Source: a virus. Taken from it: a stretch of 64,000 nucleotides of DNA. Of this stretch, positions 27,333 to 36,880 are shown in pieces; the first letter of the stretch is position 1; every line of letters starts with the position of its first letter. The DNA lies in IMG/VR virus record IMGVR_UViG_2875473743_000002, positions 12,292 through 76,291 of that record. One strand, given 5' to 3'. The position numbers and the translations under genes are program-made. The notes under the pieces are model-generated. The model was not told the DNA's origin, did not search any database, and saw nothing but the letters and a program-made list of their open reading frames with translations.

Positions 27333-27997
27333 TTGGCGTCTTTTTCTTCGTATATTAATACGTTTATATGAATAATAATACGATAGATATGACGGTTAGA
27401 GCTCGGGTGATTATCGGCATATTCTCAATTAGAATAACATAATTGATAATGAACACGACGTGATTCGTACAAATCGGCCAAAACCACGACTTTATTCGTA
27501 CATGCGAAAATGGGGTTCGCGCTTACAGCCGCAAGGGATACAGCGATTTTCAGTCTGTAATCACTTCTTAGTCTTCTGAATCCGAAGACTAGCGGGAACT
27601 ACGTTTCACTCCGTCCCGCAGAAACGCAATCATGTATATTGTATAAATAATTGTATCGCGATAAGGTCTTAATAATATCCGCGGACACGGAGGAGCGTAA
27701 GCGACGGAGTGGGCGCTATGTTTTAAAACATTCGAAAATATTCCGTTAATATATCAACTTTTACACGCGTAGTTGTCTATACGTTATGAGAAGGACGCTA
27801 CAACTACGGAGCAACAACGGGCACTAGCCGCACACTTGGCGTCCTTTTAGTACATATTGCGGCGAAGTCATTAACGAGCACAAAGCGGAATGCGCAAATC
27901 ACACGGAATTAGACGTTTTAGCCTTCTCCGAGGGTATTCGGTAGGGTGACGGTTAGAAGCGCTAATTTCGTGTAAATTCGAAGGGAGGGACGTAAGG

Positions 27998-28285
27998 GTG
28001 GCGAAATACAAGAAAAAGCCGGTTGTAGTTGAGGCGTTTAAATATGGCGCACCATGGCCGGATTGGTTCCACGACAAAGTAACGAGTAATGACGTTATTA
28101 CACATGCGGCGTATGAAAGCGGAAGCCCGTTTGAACGAAATACCGGTCTTTGGTGCGAAATTAAAACGCTAGGGGGCGTTATGATCGCTAAAGAAGGCGA
28201 CTATATTATTCGCGGAGTAGAAGGCGAGTTGTACCCGTGTAAACCGGATATTTTCGAAAAGACTTACGAAAGAGTTGACGAATAA
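27998..28285 (+). CDS. Conserved phage protein (KKPVVVEA...GDYII...YPCKPDIFEKTY family)
   Basis: Recognisable motif family. Confidence 0.75.
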   Translation: MAKYKKKPVVVEAFKYGAPWPDWFHDKVTSNDVITHAAYESGSPFERNTGLWCEIKTLGGVMIAKEGDYIIRGVEGELYPCKPDIFEKTYERVDE

Positions 28286-28420
28286 AACGCAATCAGAACG
28301 AGGGCGATCCGAATAAGGGTCGCTCTTTTTGTGCTTGCGTTGCCTACGGGCCTTTCCGGAATGTGCTTCCGAGCCTTCCGGTGCGCAGGCGATAAAGAAA
28401 CGAAAAAGGAGACGATGTGA

Positions 28421-28699
28421 ATGGCGGAATCAAAGCGCGAATCAATCGGCAAAATTAAAATCGACTTGGATGTATCCGACGCGATAACCGGACTCAAGGC
28501 GGTTCAACGCGAAGCAAAGGCGGCGACTAAGGCGCTGGCCGAATTTCAGGACCTAGCTGAACGGCTCGGTGAGGAACCGTTAGCTGACGGTTGGGAGACG
28601 ACCCGATCATTGCGGTCTATATTCGATAGGTTAGACGAAGAGCCTACCGTTTATCTGGTCGGAAAGGAAATTCGAAGGAGGAGCGCTGATGAGCGGTAA
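28421..28699 (+). CDS. Hypothetical protein
   Basis: SD AAGGAG; coupled downstream. Confidence 0.65.
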   Translation: MAESKRESIGKIKIDLDVSDAITGLKAVQREAKAATKALAEFQDLAERLGEEPLADGWETTRSLRSIFDRLDEEPTVYLVGKEIRRRSADER

Positions 28700-29063
28700 A
28701 ATAACCGTTAAACTTACCGCCAGCGACGAATATGACGAACAGCTCGATGAATTGCGCCAAGCCTTTTTCGCTCTGTCCGACGGCCCTGAACAAGAAGAGT
28801 GGCGACTCGCTCTCGTTGTAGGAAGGACCGTTAGCGAAGCCAAAACGATATGGAAACGGGTGAAAACGAACTATCCGAGCTATAAGTACACGCAATTTGT
28901 ATCGCGTAATCCTTACGTACTGGACGGCATAAATCCGGAAAACATATCGCTATTTATGCTACCGGGCTACGCGGATAATCCGATTGTAAACGATCCAATG
29001 TTTCGATGGATTATCGATAATGCAGCCGAAGTTATTTACGTTGAGGAGGGGGCGGATGAGTAA
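28689..29063 (+). CDS. Hypothetical protein
   Basis: Coupled ORF. Confidence 0.65.
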   Translation: MSGKITVKLTASDEYDEQLDELRQAFFALSDGPEQEEWRLALVVGRTVSEAKTIWKRVKTNYPSYKYTQFVSRNPYVLDGINPENISLFMLPGYADNPIVNDPMFRWIIDNAAEVIYVEEGADE

Positions 29064-29595
29064 CGTTGTAGCGCTGAACAGCAGAGACCAACCAGACCGC
29101 AAGCCAATGCCGAATGACAAAGCCGCGCTCTTAGACAATCCGCAAGGGTTCGAGGTATACAGTCGGGAGCTTATGCGCAAGGTATTTCCGCGTTTGATTA
29201 ACGAAGCTTATGATGTAGTCTATGCGGACTACAAACGAAAGCCTGAGATACGCGATGTGGTGGCGTTTTACTTTCTGTTGCAGTCGTATATCGACGGTAA
29301 CTATACGCGCAGTGACGGAAGCCTTAACGATAGGTTCGGCGCTTGCTTCTTAAACTACGAAACTATTCAGCAGCACCTTCGCGTCGATCGTAACCGGATT
29401 AATCTGCTGGCCGCGATCTTAGAGACTAACGGAATCATACGAACGACCGGACATTACGAAGGGACAAAGCGTTTCAAGTGGTACTTTCCGTCGTTCTGTC
29501 CGCACATAACTGACGATGGATATATCGTTAATGAGTTCGGCGAAACGGTGAGGCCGGACTTCAGTGTGTACTTGCCGAAGCGTCGAAAACGTTGA
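29056..29595 (+). CDS. wHTH replication-initiator-like protein
   Basis: FYFLLQSY...CFLNYETIQQHLRVDRNRINLLAAILETNGII. Confidence 0.55.
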   Translation: MSNVVALNSRDQPDRKPMPNDKAALLDNPQGFEVYSRELMRKVFPRLINEAYDVVYADYKRKPEIRDVVAFYFLLQSYIDGNYTRSDGSLNDRFGACFLNYETIQQHLRVDRNRINLLAAILETNGIIRTTGHYEGTKRFKWYFPSFCPHITDDGYIVNEFGETVRPDFSVYLPKRRKR

Positions 29596-29607
29596 TATGA
29601 CGCATAG

Positions 29608-29720
29608 TATGTACAGGACATACTACCGGTAATATGCGCAGGACATACTATCGATCGTATGCACAGGACGGATTGTAAAAAGAGAAAGAAGTAAAAGAGC
29701 AATATGTAAAAGAGAAACAA
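29608..29720 (+). repeat. Three iteron-like repeats (TATGYRCAGGAC, 25-bp period) followed by A-rich GTAAAAGAG repeats
   Basis: CAGGAC at 29614, 29639 and 29664; A-rich tract to about 29720. Confidence 0.65.
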
Positions 29721-29900
29721 ATAATAGCGTCTCTATTCGCTGCGCTCATACGATACGCAGATATTAGTAGTCTATTAAGTACCTTATCGCGATAAAGAAC
29801 TTATATAAAAGATAAAGACAAAGTGCAACGATATTGGTGGGGCGCGTCGGATTGGTAAATCACCGTAGAGTGATTGACACTTTAGTACGAGAAAGGAGGG

Positions 29901-30230
29901 ATGACGTTGGCTAATCCGATTAATGCTGCGCTTAATGCGGTCAAGTATATACGTAGTAAGTACGGCAGTACGTCCGGCAGTACGTCCGGCAGTACGTCCG
30001 TATCTACTAAGCCTTATACCGGCTATGTAACGCCTATCACGTTTACTACAGCGAAGCGAGAGAATTACGTTAAGGTAAAGCTTCCGGGATACAGTACGGA
30101 AGAAGAACGGGAGGCAACGAAAAGCGTCATATCCGGACTAATGAACGATGGAGCTAACGAGTTTATCTTTGCGGTAAATGACGATGGAGGATTAGAAGTA
30201 CGCTATAAACGGAAGGAAACGGAGGGATAG
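29901..30230 (+). CDS. Hypothetical protein with SLT-like N-terminal helix and GSTS repeats
   Basis: NPINAALNAVKYIRSKYGS-TSGSTSGSTS. Confidence 0.65.
   Translation: MTLANPINAALNAVKYIRSKYGSTSGSTSGSTSVSTKPYTGYVTPITFTTAKRENYVKVKLPGYSTEEEREATKSVISGLMNDGANEFIFAVNDDGGLEVRYKRKETEG
29964..29999 (+). repeat. 12-bp tandem repeat x3 (GGCAGTACGTCC)
   Basis: Exact copies at 29964, 29976 and 29988. Confidence 0.95.
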
Positions 30231-30232
30231 CG

Positions 30233-30475
30233 TTGGAGGTCAAACCTAAACCGAACTTACTAACGATAGAACTAACGGATGAACAATCGATACCGCGCGT
30301 TGTATATAAGGGCGAAGAGATTACCGGCCGTATTGCGGTAGACTTCGAGTGGCGGACTAAAAACGATAAACAGATCGGTGGTACTTATTTCCGTATCAAG
30401 CACGCCAATACATGTACTAAGCTTCCGGTAACAGAGACAAAGGAATTGTGCGTAGGAGAGAAGGCCTGTGAATAG
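30233..30475 (+). CDS. Hypothetical phage protein
   Basis: SD GGAGG; LTIELTDEQSIPRVVYKGEEI. Confidence 0.65.
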   Translation: MEVKPKPNLLTIELTDEQSIPRVVYKGEEITGRIAVDFEWRTKNDKQIGGTYFRIKHANTCTKLPVTETKELCVGEKACE

Positions 30476-30644
30476 AGAACGTAAGCAGCGCTATAGATAC
30501 CTACGAGAGCAACGAAGAGAACGCGACTATGAGCTTGGACTTATACAACTGGCTGGCCGTCCGTTCTGCAAGCCATCCATAACGATAGTACCAGGGCGCA
30601 ATGCGCTAACCCTATCGAGATTCATGGCGGGGGCAAGGCGATGA
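30468..30644 (+). CDS. Small basic hypothetical protein
   Basis: GTG 30468, stop overlaps the HNH start. Confidence 0.45.
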   Translation: MNRERKQRYRYLREQRRERDYELGLIQLAGRPFCKPSITIVPGRNALTLSRFMAGARR

Positions 30645-30979
30645 GTAACTACTACGACAGACATAAGCGTGACCCGGAAGCACGTGCTTTCTATAAGTCT
30701 ACAGCCTGGGCTAAGTGCCGAGCCTTAGTGCTCAAGCGCGACCATCACCTGTGTCAAGACTGTCTCGCAAATAAAACGATCACTAAAGCAGAGACTGTAC
30801 ACCACATAAAGGAGCTGCGAGAATACCCTGAATTAGCTTTAGATGCATCAAATTTGGTCAGCCTTTGCAATTCCTGCCACAACAAACGCCATCCGGAGAA
30901 GGGACAGAAAAGTGCCAAAACAGAGAGGAAACAGAGAAAAATTAGAGTTGTAAAGACAGAGGCTAACCCTGAAATATAG
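30641..30979 (+). CDS. Packaging-associated HNH endonuclease (HK97 gp74-like)
   Basis: FYKSTAW...CQDC...VHHI...LCNSCHNKRH, just before terminase. Confidence 0.9.
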   Translation: MSNYYDRHKRDPEARAFYKSTAWAKCRALVLKRDHHLCQDCLANKTITKAETVHHIKELREYPELALDASNLVSLCNSCHNKRHPEKGQKSAKTERKQRKIRVVKTEANPEI

Positions 30980-31080
30980 CCCCCTCCCCTCTGGACTAAA
31001 AAACAAAAATACAAGGGACCGGCGGGCCCCCTTCGCTTGTTGCGCGACCAGAAATTTTACATTAAAGGGGGGTCTCCCCG
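30980..31080. other. Probable cos region
   Basis: GC-rich GGGACCGGCGGGCCCCC element between HNH and terS, the usual cos position; exact overhang unknown. Confidence 0.45.
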
Positions 31081-31098
31081 AATGAAAGGAGTGTTTTA

Positions 31099-31422
31099 AT
31101 GGCGGTACCGACAGCGAAAAAAATCCGGGAATACCTCGGAGACAGGTATAAAGAATCGGATGAAGAACTGATCGAACTCTACGTTGACACTCATAAGTTT
31201 TACCGCCGACTAAAAAAGGAAGTAGCCGAGAACCCTTTAATGATGCGGCATACGAACAAAGCAGGCGCGGAGAACCTTGTCAAAAATCCGTTAGCGATTG
31301 AGCTTACGAAGACGGTGACGACGTTAAACAATCTTCTGAAATCGCTCGATCTTACGCCGGCTCAAAGAAAAGAATTAAACGCGGGCGGTGAAGAAAATGA
31401 CGACGGTTTCGATCAGCTCTAA
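31099..31422 (+). CDS. terS: Terminase small subunit (P27 family)
   Basis: NPLAIEL...LKSLDLTPAQRKEL. Confidence 0.85.
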   Translation: MAVPTAKKIREYLGDRYKESDEELIELYVDTHKFYRRLKKEVAENPLMMRHTNKAGAENLVKNPLAIELTKTVTTLNNLLKSLDLTPAQRKELNAGGEENDDGFDQL

Positions 31423-33178
31423 CCCGACAGACATCGAAAAATGGTATAAAAACTGGCTAAAAACGCAAAAAATAGCCGGATTTATACGCGAAAAACCGGC
31501 GGAAAAGTTGCTTACAACATGGTATGCGGAAAAAGTAGTCTCCGGGGAGATAATCGCAAGTAAGAAAAATATTCTCGCTTGTAAACGACATCTTCGCGAT
31601 TTAAAACGCGCAGGAACAGACGAATTTCCATACGTTTTTAACGAAGAAAAAGGGCATCGCCCCATACAGTTTATCGAGAAGTTTTGTAAACCGTCTCAAG
31701 GACAATACAACAGTTTGACGCTTCAACCGTGGCAACATTTTGTGATCGGATCACTGTACGGTTGGGTTCATCGCGATACCGGCCTTCGGAGATTCCGTGA
31801 AGGCCTTGTTTTTGTTGCGCGGAAGAACGGAAAAACAACGAAAATCAGCGGTTTAGCCAATTTTGCGATAACAAAGGACGACGAACCGGGCGCTCGGGCC
31901 TACGTCTTAGCAAACTCGAAGCAACAAGCGGGTGTTTTATTCGAGGAAAGTCGTGCAATGGTTCAGAAGTCACCGGTACTTCGGAAGCGTCTGCGCGAGA
32001 ATCAAAAAGGCATCTATCATGACGCGTCTATGAGTCAGATCGAGGCGCGGGCGTCTGATAGCGAAAAGTTAGACGGTTTGAATACGCATCTCGGCATATT
32101 CGATGAGATACACGAATTCAAAGATTCAAAATTGATCAGCGTAATCAAGAACTCAAGGGCAGCTCGACGGCAGCCATTAATTATCTACATCACGACGGCC
32201 GGATATCAACTCGACGGGCCTCTCGTCGAATATTACGAAATTGCTTCCGATGTTTTGGACGGATCTAACGTTCAGGAGCGGAATTTTTACTTTATGGCCG
32301 AATTAGACGACATTTCTGAGGTGGAAAACCCGGAAATGTGGATCAAAGCGAACCCTAACATTGGAGTAACGATGGATATTCCGTCAATGATTCAGGACTT
32401 CAATGCAGACCGCCACGTACCTCGTGAATACAACGACTGGCTGGTCAAACGGTTTAATATCTTCGTGGATAACGGAGAGGAAAGCTTCATAGACTTCGAA
32501 GTCATCAAGCGCAATAACGGACATGTCGATCCGGAATCGTTGCGTGGTATGAGATGCATTGGCGGCTTCGACTTATCACAAACGGAAGACTTTACAAGCG
32601 CGTGTCTGGAGTTTTTGCTGCCGGATAATCGCGTTTTTGTTTTGTCTCATTCGTGGGTACCGGCGGCAAAAGTACAAAAAGATAACGAAAAAATCGACTA
32701 CCGTGGGTTTGAAGCCGACGGTTTTTTGACGATTATACCCGGAAATTACGTTCAGTACGAGTACGTTTACGACTGGTTCGTTGAAATGTCGCGTAAATAT
32801 CAGATCGATAAGATCACGTTTGACCCAGCGAATGCGATGCGATTGGTTCACGATCTTCAAAACTACGGATTTCAAACCGAAGTTGTGCGACAAGGGTACA
32901 TTACTCTGAGTGACCCGTTAAAGCATATCAAAGAATTATTGCTTGACGGAAACGTCGTTTACAACGAAAACAAGCTTTTCACATGGTATCTAAACAACGT
33001 CAAGCTCGTCGAAGATCGGAACGGTAACTGGTTGCCGACTAAACAAACGAGGTACCGGAAAATCGATGGCTTTGCGGCTTTTCTGAACGCACATACACAG
33101 GTTTATCTCGATATGACGAAGCCGGTTGAGGGCGGAAGCGTCGGATTTATCTCAATTAGCGATCTATTAAACGGTTAG
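31388..33178 (+). CDS. terL: Terminase large subunit
   Basis: LQPWQ, ARKNGKT, IFDEIHE, ITTAG, GFDLS, KIDGFAA. Confidence 0.95.
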   Translation: MKKMTTVSISSNPTDIEKWYKNWLKTQKIAGFIREKPAEKLLTTWYAEKVVSGEIIASKKNILACKRHLRDLKRAGTDEFPYVFNEEKGHRPIQFIEKFCKPSQGQYNSLTLQPWQHFVIGSLYGWVHRDTGLRRFREGLVFVARKNGKTTKISGLANFAITKDDEPGARAYVLANSKQQAGVLFEESRAMVQKSPVLRKRLRENQKGIYHDASMSQIEARASDSEKLDGLNTHLGIFDEIHEFKDSKLISVIKNSRAARRQPLIIYITTAGYQLDGPLVEYYEIASDVLDGSNVQERNFYFMAELDDISEVENPEMWIKANPNIGVTMDIPSMIQDFNADRHVPREYNDWLVKRFNIFVDNGEESFIDFEVIKRNNGHVDPESLRGMRCIGGFDLSQTEDFTSACLEFLLPDNRVFVLSHSWVPAAKVQKDNEKIDYRGFEADGFLTIIPGNYVQYEYVYDWFVEMSRKYQIDKITFDPANAMRLVHDLQNYGFQTEVVRQGYITLSDPLKHIKELLLDGNVVYNENKLFTWYLNNVKLVEDRNGNWLPTKQTRYRKIDGFAAFLNAHTQVYLDMTKPVEGGSVGFISISDLLNG

Positions 33179-33189
33179 GAGGTGAGAAA

Positions 33190-34488
33190 TTGGGCTTTTG
33201 GAGCAATGTTCGGAATTTTTTTCGCAAACCATCCGATGTCAAGGCGGAAACGAGAAGAGATCTAACACACTGGTTTATTCCTCGTGCTACTATTCTAGGA
33301 AATTACGGAGAACATGCGCTAGTTGACAACGAAACGGTTTTCTCGGCTGTGTCGCGATTATCAAACACAATGTCAAGCCTACCGATCAAAGCGTATAAAA
33401 ATTATCAACCGATTGAGTCTCAGGCTTCCGAGCTTCTGACATACGCGCCGAATCATAACATGACATCCGGGCAATTTATCGGCCTTTTGGAGACGCATCG
33501 GGCCGTATATGGCAATGCTTACGCAATAAAACGGTACGGAATGCGCTATGAAGTCGTCGGATTAGAGGTTTTGGATCCTTCGAGAGTGCAGCCGGTGATT
33601 GAAGAGACTACTCGTGAACTTTGGTACGAGATTTTAGGAGACAACGGAAATTATTTCGTTCACAACATGGACATGATTCACGTTAAATATACGTCGGTAG
33701 ACGGGTTGAAAGGAATCTCACCGCTAAAGGTTCTGCGGAACGCTCTCGACTTTGATCGCGACGTCCGGCTGTTCAGTCTCGAACAAATGGACGGAGCAAA
33801 GATATCGTTCATTCTGGAATTGGCGAATCAGCTCGACGATACACGCAAAGAAAAGATGTTAGAGAACTTTAAAAGTTTCTATAAAGACAACGGAGGCCTC
33901 TTAATTCAGGAACCGGGGGTAAAAATACGCGAATTAAAGAAGGAATTCATCGATACAAAGGCGTTTGAGGTCGAAAAAGTGACACGTTCAAGAGTCGCGC
34001 AGGCCTTTAATATTCCGTTGTACATGCTTGGCGAGACACAAGGCAGCGTCTCCAATATGGAGCAGCTTTATATCGATTATGTACAAGGCACGCTAATGCC
34101 TATCGCAACTCAATACGAAAAAGAATTTAACCGGAAGCTGCTGACCGAAAAGGAACGCAAGTCCGGTTATTATTTTAAGTTCAGTATGAACGCGTTACTG
34201 CGTGGGGACATGCAGACCCGCGGTAATTTTTATCAACAAGGTATCCGGAGCGGCTGGTTTAAGCCGAATGAGGTGCGTGCGTGGGAGGATTTGCCGCCAG
34301 AAGAGGGCGGAGATACGCTTTATTTAAGCAAAGATTTATTCCCAATCGACCAGGTTGCGCAACAGAAAATAACATCGGCGGATGTACCGACGCCTCCAAC
34401 GTTAGAAATTAACGAAGGTGATAACGAAAACTCGAAAGGAGGTGAGGACGATAAAGAAGTTCTGGGAAATCAAAGCGGCGAAGAATGA
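33190..34488 (+). CDS. HK97-family portal protein
   Basis: LETHRAVYGNAY, GLKGISP, VAQAFNIP, KPNEVRAWEDLPP. Confidence 0.93.
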   Translation: MGFWSNVRNFFRKPSDVKAETRRDLTHWFIPRATILGNYGEHALVDNETVFSAVSRLSNTMSSLPIKAYKNYQPIESQASELLTYAPNHNMTSGQFIGLLETHRAVYGNAYAIKRYGMRYEVVGLEVLDPSRVQPVIEETTRELWYEILGDNGNYFVHNMDMIHVKYTSVDGLKGISPLKVLRNALDFDRDVRLFSLEQMDGAKISFILELANQLDDTRKEKMLENFKSFYKDNGGLLIQEPGVKIRELKKEFIDTKAFEVEKVTRSRVAQAFNIPLYMLGETQGSVSNMEQLYIDYVQGTLMPIATQYEKEFNRKLLTEKERKSGYYFKFSMNALLRGDMQTRGNFYQQGIRSGWFKPNEVRAWEDLPPEEGGDTLYLSKDLFPIDQVAQQKITSADVPTPPTLEINEGDNENSKGGEDDKEVLGNQSGEE

Positions 34489-35188
34489 CGCTAAAACAGG
34501 CGAGATTTACATTTACAGTGAAATCAGTTCGGCCCAGTTCTGGGGTGACGAAGTGACTGCGCAAACTTTCAAGGAGGATTTAGACGGACTTGGCGAAGTT
34601 TCTGCGCTAAATATCTATATCAATTCGCCAGGTGGCTCTGTTTTCGAAGGGAATTCGATCTACAACATCATAAAGCGGCACAAAGCCCATGTTAACGTCT
34701 ACGTCGACGGGCTGGCTGCCTCTATCGCAAGTGTCATCGCAATGTCCGGTGACACTATTTTTATGCCCGCAAACGCGATGATGATGATTCACAACCCAAT
34801 CATTACCGTCAACGGAAACGCTGAAGAGCTTCGTAAGTGGGCTGACGACATGGATCGCATTCGCGAAAGTCTTATCGAAGCTTACCTCGAAAAAGCAGGC
34901 GGAAAACTCGATCGTGATCGTTTGATCGAACTTATGGACGCAGAAACGTGGCTGTCGGCGCAAGAATGCCTCGATTTAGGGCTGTGCGATTCTATCGAAG
35001 CTCCTAGCACTGCCGTTGCGAAAGTAGACACGCAGTTATTTGCGAAGTACCGGAACACTCCGGAATCACTTCTTAATCAGACGAAAGAGGACGAAAAGCA
35101 GGCGGAAAAAGAGCGCCTGTTCCGTGAGCAGCTTATCGCGGAAGCACAAACGAATTTACTAAAACTTCAAAACGGGGGAATCATTTAA
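34451..35188 (+). CDS. ClpP-type prohead protease
   Basis: INSPGGSV, GLAASIAS, MMIHNP, ETWLSA; start inferred at ATA after AAAGGAGGTG. Confidence 0.9.
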   Translation: MKKFWEIKAAKNDAKTGEIYIYSEISSAQFWGDEVTAQTFKEDLDGLGEVSALNIYINSPGGSVFEGNSIYNIIKRHKAHVNVYVDGLAASIASVIAMSGDTIFMPANAMMMIHNPIITVNGNAEELRKWADDMDRIRESLIEAYLEKAGGKLDRDRLIELMDAETWLSAQECLDLGLCDSIEAPSTAVAKVDTQLFAKYRNTPESLLNQTKEDEKQAEKERLFREQLIAEAQTNLLKLQNGGII

Positions 35189-36342
35189 TGGAACTATTTG
35201 ATCTGAAGGCAAACTTAAACACTGTAGGTACACAATTAGCATCGGTTGAAAAAGAAATCATGAACAAAGCAGCCGACCCTAACGCTTCTATCGACGAAGT
35301 ACGGTCTTTAAAACAAAAAAGAGACGATCTTAAAGAACGCATGGATATCCTGCAAAACCAACACGATGCTTTAGAGCAGGAACAAAAAGCTAAAATTCAA
35401 GCAAGCCTTGAAAAAGCAAAAGCAGGCGCGTCTGCTGGACTTAACAGCGAAGATCCAAAAGTTAAGAAAATTTCTGCTAAAGCTGGATTAATCCGTGCAA
35501 CAATGCGAAAAGAAGTACCGGCTCCTGAGGTACGTGCTGCGTTAGGAGATAATAACGGAACAGGCGGGGAAAAACTCCTTCCTAAAACAGTTTCGGAAGA
35601 ACTTATTCACGAACCTTTTGTAAAGAATCCGTTGCGTGAGCTTTCAACGTATACGAGTGTAACAAATCTCGAAATCCCTAAAGTTGATTTTTCCCTTGAC
35701 GATGATGACTTCATCCAAGACTTGCAGACTGCTAAAGAACTTGAAGTAGACGGAGATGTAGTTACTTTCGGACGTCGCAAATTCAAAGTCATGGCAAAAA
35801 TCTCCGAAACTATTTTGGCAGCTACTGATACTGATCTGGTCGCTACAGTTGAGCGCGCTTTACAATCCGGCCTAGCTGCAAAAGAGAAAAAAGTTTCTTT
35901 CGCAGTAACACCGAAACAGGGAGAAGAGGAAATGTCCTTCTACGCTGCCGGAATTAAGCAAGTATCTGCGGAAGATAAATATAAAGCAATCAAAAAAGCT
36001 ATTGCTGATCTTCCGGAGGACTTCCGTGAAAACGCAAAAGTAATGATGACATACGCAGACTATCTCGAAATCATTGAAACTTTGGCTAATGGAAGTGCAA
36101 CTCTTTACGGTGCACAACCGGAACAAATCATCGGTAAACCAGTTGAATTCTGTGACGCTGCGGTTGATCCTATCGTCGGTGACTTCCGTTACTCTCACTT
36201 CAACTATGATCCAGCAATCACTTACGAAAGCGATAAAGACGTTAAAACTGGCGAAAATGTATTCGTTCTTACTGCGTATTTCGATCACAAAATTAAACTG
36301 AAATCTGCATTCCGTATCGCTAAAGTAGACACTACTCCCTAA
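35188..36342 (+). CDS. HK97-fold major capsid protein
   Basis: N-terminal coiled-coil delta domain; GGEKLLPKT...; position after protease. Confidence 0.92.
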   Translation: MELFDLKANLNTVGTQLASVEKEIMNKAADPNASIDEVRSLKQKRDDLKERMDILQNQHDALEQEQKAKIQASLEKAKAGASAGLNSEDPKVKKISAKAGLIRATMRKEVPAPEVRAALGDNNGTGGEKLLPKTVSEELIHEPFVKNPLRELSTYTSVTNLEIPKVDFSLDDDDFIQDLQTAKELEVDGDVVTFGRRKFKVMAKISETILAATDTDLVATVERALQSGLAAKEKKVSFAVTPKQGEEEMSFYAAGIKQVSAEDKYKAIKKAIADLPEDFRENAKVMMTYADYLEIIETLANGSATLYGAQPEQIIGKPVEFCDAAVDPIVGDFRYSHFNYDPAITYESDKDVKTGENVFVLTAYFDHKIKLKSAFRIAKVDTTP

Positions 36343-36880
36343 AGCACCCCAAGGGCTAAAGGCATCTTCGACTGACTCATCGGTGTCCCTAAGTTGGGAT
36401 GCCGTAGCCTTTGCTGGGGGAATCAAAGAATACGAAATCTTTAGGGACGGGGTTTCCGTCGGGACCCGCGTTGGCACGTCGTTTAATGAGAGTGGTTTAA
36501 AGCCGGAAACTACGTATAAATACCAAGTTCGGGCGATCTCAATGGCGGGAAATCCATCGGAGCTGAGTGACGAGCTTTCCGTTACAACAGAGTCGACGCC
36601 TGTTCCTGATCCGGAAAGCATCAGCGTCAGTCCATCGTCTAAGACATTAAACGTAGGTGAGACGCAGCAAATTACCGCAACAGTATCGCCTAGTGGGGCT
36701 GATCAGGGCGTAACATACACGTCAAGCAACACGTCAATCGCAACGGTGACTAGCTCCGGTAAGGTAACTGCGGTTGCAGCTGGTTCTGCTACGATTACTG
36801 TAAAATCGAAAGTGAAGACAACAGTTAAGAATACCGTATCGATCACTGTCGTCGACCCGGCGCCGTCTGGCGGTGAGTAA
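36341..36880 (+). CDS. FN3 + Ig-like (Big_2) capsid extension reached by +1 frameshift
   Basis: CCC-TAA at capsid end; +1 frame PKAPQGLKA..SVSLSWD (FN3) then SISVSP...YTSSNTSIATV (Big_2). Confidence 0.8.
   Translation, partial: KAPQGLKASSTDSSVSLSWDAVAFAGGIKEYEIFRDGVSVGTRVGTSFNESGLKPETTYKYQVRAISMAGNPSELSDELSVTTESTPVPDPESISVSPSSKTLNVGETQQITATVSPSGADQGVTYTSSNTSIATVTSSGKVTAVAAGSATITVKSKVKTTVKNTVSITVVDPAPSGGE

Noticed and set aside
27390-27957. 11-bp repeat TGACGGTTAGA at 27390 and 27947
   Set aside because: Short, two copies, no consistent flanking context; may be chance
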